Shown here: in pieces, positions 58,621 to 64,000 of the stretch
How the letters are laid out: every line of letters begins with the position of its first letter
Position numbering within the stretch: position 1 is the first letter of the stretch
Source: Hydrolagus affinis
Taxonomy: Eukaryota
DNA length: 64,000 bases
Assembly (NCBI GenBank): GCA_012026655.1
Contig: JAAILG010000020.1
Span: forward strand, 124,001 to 188,000
Direction of reading: 5' to 3'
Translations under genes and position numbers: made by a program
Notes under the pieces: model-generated
Seen by the model: only the letters and a program-made list of their open reading frames with translations
Told to the model about the DNA's origin: nothing
Databases searched by the model: none

Positions 58621-61044
58621 TGCATGCCCACTAACAGGCTGCTATTAGTAGTTGTTGATTTCAAGCCATCTGCTTCCAGCCCATTACATGTCTTTCACCT
58701 TCTCATAGGCTTGTCACTCACGCTACATCCTCACACACTCTCTAATGGGGAAGCTGGGGTAATTACTGGAATAATAATAATTTGCATTTCACGTGAAGAG
58801 AAAGGTCTGGAATCACTTTGCAAGATAAAAGTCGTTTGAATTGGAAGCAAATGTTCTTGTAATGGCAAAATCGAACTGATCTATGCCAGCACCGAACTCC
58901 CCATAAAAATAGCCATGTAGGGGCACATTCACAGGCTGCTCAAGACAATCCTCCACCCTGAGCAAATGTCAGCATGCCTCCCCTGCTCCACCCTCATACC
59001 CCCTTCGAAGTTCGATAGTTTTAACTCAAGAGCGATGAAATTACCATAAAATTCTGATTAAACTCAGCACTGACTGGTCACTGCTGGAGGTGATACATAG
59101 AACTCACTGCACGCACACACACACACACATACGCCCAGCTCACTTCACTGAGCAACAGTCAGTGCTCTCGTGTAATAGTTAAGATTGGCTGCCACATTTG
59201 CCATTTCAATGTTCGTGACACTGGCAGAGTGGTTAACAATGGGTTATTGAATTGTAAAACTATCATTTTGTTCTCCAGTGGGGAAGAAAGCTCTCTCTTT
59301 TTGATCATGATATTGCCAGATATTAAATTCATTGAGTGTAATGATGTCTCAGATAGGGAGGAGGTTGGTAGAGTGAGGCAGACAGAATCCCATCGAGGCA
59401 TGTAATAATGATAATCCTTGCATTTCATATAGCACATTGTGGAGACTTCTCAAAGTACTTCACAAGAATTACTGTAAAGTGCAGTGACTATGCATTTTGT
59501 TGGTGATCGCGGCAGCCAATTTGCACACAACAATGTCCTACAAATAGCCATGCCATGAAGTTAATAAATAATTTTCTTTATCTGAAGGAATTGTTAGCCA
59601 GGATACAGAAAGAAGATTCATCAAATCACACGTCAGGTCTGGCTCACATCTTTTCACACTGGTTAACAAAAAAGTTGAAAGAAGGAAAAAAGTATCAAAT
59701 GGCACACATTTTATTCCCAAATTGCTGTGGAGGTGATGTCGGGTGACCATGGTAAATCAGCCGAAAGTGTATCATTGCTGATCAATACCTGGCACCCCAG
59801 GGTCATAGGATTTAATCAGGATTAACCTGCATGTTAAATCCGATTGACCTATTAACACTATCCGAATGGCCCATTATCACTTGCAACTCGGCTGGAGCAG
59901 AGTCAGGCAGCGAGACTGCACCTTTTATTCTCTCCCCCAACAAAAAAAACTTCCATGGAGTCTTCCTGTGAGAAAGAAAAGAGGGAACGGAGGGGCTGGG
60001 AGACGAGGGCTGCAGTCTGCTTACTGTTCTAACACTGTTATGTTTCTTTTAGGAAATAATATCATGGGATACCTGTATTGTACATAGGTAGTTTGGGACG
60101 TATGTGCGTGTGACTGACAGCAAGGTACAGTTCAAGGCGAACTAGATGAACCGTTCTTTTGTTGTCTAGCATTTCTCTCATATTCTTATGCTAACACATT
60201 TGGTTACATATTTCACCAACAAAATACACCAGTCAATCCACTTACATTATATTCTCTGAAGCACTTTGAAATGTCTCAATGACGTGGTAAGGCGCTATAT
60301 CAAATGCAAGGATTATTATTGTTATTATTTGAGGCACATTGAGGGTCGCTTCTCTTGAAGGGATTGGTGGGCGTAACTTTGGTTTATTTGAAAAAGATAA
60401 GAAATGCTGGGTTGCACCGTGAGGCATTTGTTTCCACCAATAGTTTTGCTCGCTTAATCTGGCCGTTGTGTTTGAATGGGCTGTTTTTCAAAAGACATCT
60501 GGCCTCCACACCTCTGCTTTGCTTTTGTCCTTTGAGCCGCCTCTGGAGTGGGTGCATTGGGATTATCCAGAAGCAACAGAGAATTGAATTCAAGGATAGA
60601 CTCACACTATGAGCTTCGCTACCTCTGCGCTGTGAATAGCTATTCAGCTGGTCCTGAGGGATGAGCACTCCCAACAACAATAATAAATACGCATTTGAAG
60701 CGTAAATTTATAGCTTTTGCCCGAGAGACACAGCCATCAGGGGTGTGTGAAGGGTCTTACATATGGAAATGAAAGCCACTGGCCAAGGTCCTATCACAGA
60801 GAGGTAACCAGTCTGCTGGGAAATAATAATAATGACACTTGCATTTGACACAGCGCCTTATCACATTTGCAATGCGTCTCATAGCACTTCGCACATCCTT
60901 TCTGCAAAGTGTAGTAACTGAAGTTGTGGACGAATGCAGCAGTTCATTTGCTGCCAACAATATCCCAGTGATAGCCATGAAGTGAATGACTTATTTTTTT
61001 TAAAATAAACAAAATTTTGGGACGAGGACACTGGGAGAGAACCA

Positions 61045-61280
61045 CTGTGGAACTCCATCCCACAGCCCCTCCGCCTTGCTTCCTCCCTTTCCTTCTTCAA
61101 GGCCGGTCTCAAGTCCTTCCTCTTCGACCGTGCCTTTGGCTCCCCCACTAACTCTTCCCCCTCTTCTTCCCCCTACCCTGACCCTCCCTGCCCCACTCGG
61201 GTCCCGACCTGACTGTTCAGCGCTTTGGGACGTCCTCCCAATGTGAAAGGCAATATATAAATGCAATTTGGTTGTCGTTG
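61045..61280 (+). mobile_element. L2 3' end
   Basis: tggaactccatcccacagcccctccgcc...ttcaaggccggtctcaagtccttcctcttcgacc...gtgaaaggcaatatataaatgcaa. Confidence 0.85.
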
Positions 61281-61380
61281 CCATCTTTCACACAATTCGC
61301 ATCCTCCAAATCTCTCTTTGCATCACATCCTCCCTCTCTTCAAAATCTTTCCTGACAAAATCACCTCTTTTCAAATTCAT

Positions 61381-61690
61381 AATAATAATCCTTGCATTTG
61401 ATATAGCACTTCACATGTCTTCTAGACATCCCTAAGGTCTTCACAGAATATGCTGTAAAGTGAATTGACTGTATATTTGTGTGTGAAACACGGCAGCCAA
61501 TAGCGCACAGCAGTGTCCCGCAAACAGTCATGGATTGAAAATGACCATTTTTATTATGTTTTTTGAGGGATTATTATTAGGTGTGTGGAGTAAGGAAACA
61601 TGCCCAAGGTTTCACCCTGTCTGGAATCAAACACAGGTTTCTCGCTTGCAAGACAAGTGCTCTAACCACTGAGCTCCAGGACTCCACTTA
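61381..61690 (-). mobile_element. Full-length tRNA(Ala-TGC-like)-derived SINE, short form
   Basis: Minus strand reads gtggagtcctggagctcagtggttagagcacttgtcttgcaagcgagaaacctgtgtttgattccag (A box, TGC anticodon loop, B box), then body and (ATT)n tail. Confidence 0.85.
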
Positions 61691-63134
61691 ATCGTTTAGT
61701 GTTTCAAGTCATTTAGTTTGTTGAACACAAAACTCAGTATGTAAATTACACCAGGTCAGCTCTGTTCTGGATATTAATTTAACCTTCAATAGCACATGTG
61801 TATAACATCAGAAATGAGAGTACAGGAGGCCATTCTGCTGGGTGTACACATGTAACAAGATGTGTGTTACCTCAATCCAACTCACCCAAGTGTACGTACT
61901 GAGCATGTATGAGAGTCTCGGGACCTGTTCAATCACATACTGGAGTGCTAACATGCCTGTCAGGTAAAACCTATTTCTTCTCAAGCGTTAAACGCAGAGG
62001 AAAGTGACAATCAACATCTCGAGTGGTAAAGAGCCGATAAAAATAAAGAGCTGGAGACGTCTGTCAGAGACACGCACTCATTCCTTTGTTGGCTCAGTTT
62101 CCGCACAGCTCGCACTGCTCGATGATGGAATCCTGTTGCTGGAATGGGGAACACCTCACCTCAAACCGTGACTGAAGTCGAGCCCCATAGCAGCATTCAC
62201 TAGGAACCCGACACGTATCCGAGGGATACATACAATTAACGTCACATGCAATGGGAAAAAGAGCAGGGGAATGGGGTTAGAGTACTCTTATAGGGCGCGT
62301 ACACCAGCACAGACAATGGTGGGGAAAAGGGCAGGAGATTAGAGTAGAGAGTTCCAGTGGGGGAGCAACCAACAGCAGAGACATGGGATTAGAGTAGAGA
62401 AGTAAGTTTTTTTCAGTGTTGGGACTATCGTGTAACTCAGCATCTGTTGTTGCTGTTCTGCCCTATTCCTTCCCTCCATCTTACCAACATCATGTCCTGG
62501 ATCAGAACCAGAGTTTGCAATGTAGGGAGAGTCTGAAACATCCCAAAGTGGAATTGAGTGGAATGTGGGACCATTCACCTTAAAAGGGCCTCACTGGCCG
62601 GCCATCCGGATAGTAGCTTCTGCTCCGAACTGCCAACCTGGACAGCGAGACACAGGTTGGGGCAATGGGCATTAAATCTGCAAATAACTTGTATCATTCT
62701 TAAAATCAACAGCAACAGACATGGTCTGCACTGTAATGATGCTCACCACAACTTACTGAACTTGTTAAAGGGCCTTACAAGATCAGTCTGTATATGATAT
62801 CACTTGTCCATGTACTGTGCAATGCTCAATACACTGAATCGACTCAGCCCTTCAGGTCATTTCTATTCTCTATTGATTTCTGAGCAAAACTAGACTAGTC
62901 GATACTCTTCAACCGGGTTTCCTCCACCCAGGGGAACTCTCTATGTCTTGCTCTCTTTGGATCGCTCAAACAGACGGTTAATGCGAATCTTATTTCAAAG
63001 CAGAAATCAGCTCCTCTGTTTATCTAATCATCATTAATGCTTTCATACAAAGATAAGCGCAGCTGTCAAGTCCATTTCTACTCAAATACTATTGTCCCAT
63101 ATGGAGCAGGTCATGTAGGTCAGAGGGGAGTCAA

Positions 63135-63420
63135 AGGATGAGATGTTAAACTGAGGTCCCATCTGCTCATTTAGGTGGACGTTAAAGATCCCATGATATC
63201 ACTTGAAAAGAGGAGCTTTGCCCAGTATCCTGGCCAACAATCCCCCAGATAAACCTGGTCATTCACTTCATGGCTGTTTGCGGGAACATTGCTGTGGTAA
63301 ATTAACTGCTGTGTTTGCCTACAAATGTACAGTCTTTTCACATTAAAGCAAATCCTGTAAAATGTTTGAGTTGTCCTCACAACATGAAAGAGGTTGTGTC
63401 AAATGCATGGATTATTATTT
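63135..63420 (+). mobile_element. Deu-domain SINE (core and tail)
   Basis: gatgagatgttaaactgaggtcccatctgctcatttaggtggacgttaaagatcccatg...cctggccaacaatccccc. Confidence 0.85.
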
Positions 63421-64000
63421 AGAGCAAATAAGGAAGGGTGCGCACTGGAGAAATCTCCCTGCCTTGTGCCACTCCAGGACTTTTATTTGCTATTTTAACA
63501 GGATCAGGGAATTGAAGTTAATTGTTGAAAACGCGTTGACAGAAGGTGTCGGCCTTCATTTGCGCAGCGCGGACATGTGGACGGAAGCGACCGGCAGGTT
63601 TGCTGTGTGGCACGTGTTAATTGCTGGGTTTGCCGGCTCTATGTAACCACCAGATGTTGAGAAATTCCAGACATTGGTGCTAAGAGTTAGCAACAAGGAT
63701 GGCGAGTGACAAACCACCAGGTGCCAGCCAGCGCTCACAGATGGCAACATTCAATTGTTTATTAATTACTTCTTGATGTTGGCTACTAAATAATTACACT
63801 CTGGTGGCTGAATCCTGTGTGGCTGTTGGGAAAAGCACTTTTTTCTTCTCCAGGGAATTTCCTGTAGATTCCTGAGACCTCAGCACAGGCCCACGTGTTC
63901 ACACTGGAGTGGAATCTGCTGCCTAGAGAAAGCTGTGTCAGACTTCTTCAGCCGGTAGCTCTCTCGCCTCTGAGTCAGGAGGCTACAGATTCAAGCCATA

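Larger units (their letters stand above)
16956..64000 (-). other. Probable long upstream intron of sema3f (between the signal-peptide exon and the first sema exon)
   Basis: The exon at 16955 starts in phase 1 and needs an upstream exon of the M...LS(Y/F)K|E type. No such exon was found by eye, and the region is repeat-rich with no other recognisable gene. Confidence 0.6.

Noticed and set aside
61600-61690. tRNA-Ala gene (also ~30660-30730)
   Set aside because: Degenerate stems fused to a SINE body and tail; these are SINE heads, not tRNA genes.

Overview
Eukaryotic (vertebrate) genomic DNA. The repeat content (Deu-domain SINEs, shark-type CR1/HE1 3' tails, L2 LINE fragments) points to a cartilaginous fish, probably a chimaera/elephant-shark relative; that assignment is inference. 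The only protein-coding gene I can support is a minus-strand semaphorin-3F (sema3f). Seven consecutive sema-domain exons lie between 16955 and 333 (161, 63, 120, 94, 120, 137 and 115 nt, 810 nt total), all with GT-AG boundaries and consistent phases. The signal-peptide exon was not found, so 16956-64000 is most likely one very long intron, and the gene continues past position 1. The rest is intronic DNA dense in SINEs, L2/CR1 3' ends, one Tigger-like MITE and simple repeats. Nearly all ORFs in the supplied track are spurious or LINE remnants. I see no convincing novel multi-gene system. The best leads concern splicing and regulation: a ~350-nt AG-exclusion zone with a distant branch-point motif, a candidate 21-nt poison microexon, an unusual Arg->Cys in the sema domain, an E-box cluster and Pbx-Hox/Meis motifs. 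Repeat coordinates were read by eye and are approximate (+/-20-30 nt). Exon coordinates were read base by base.
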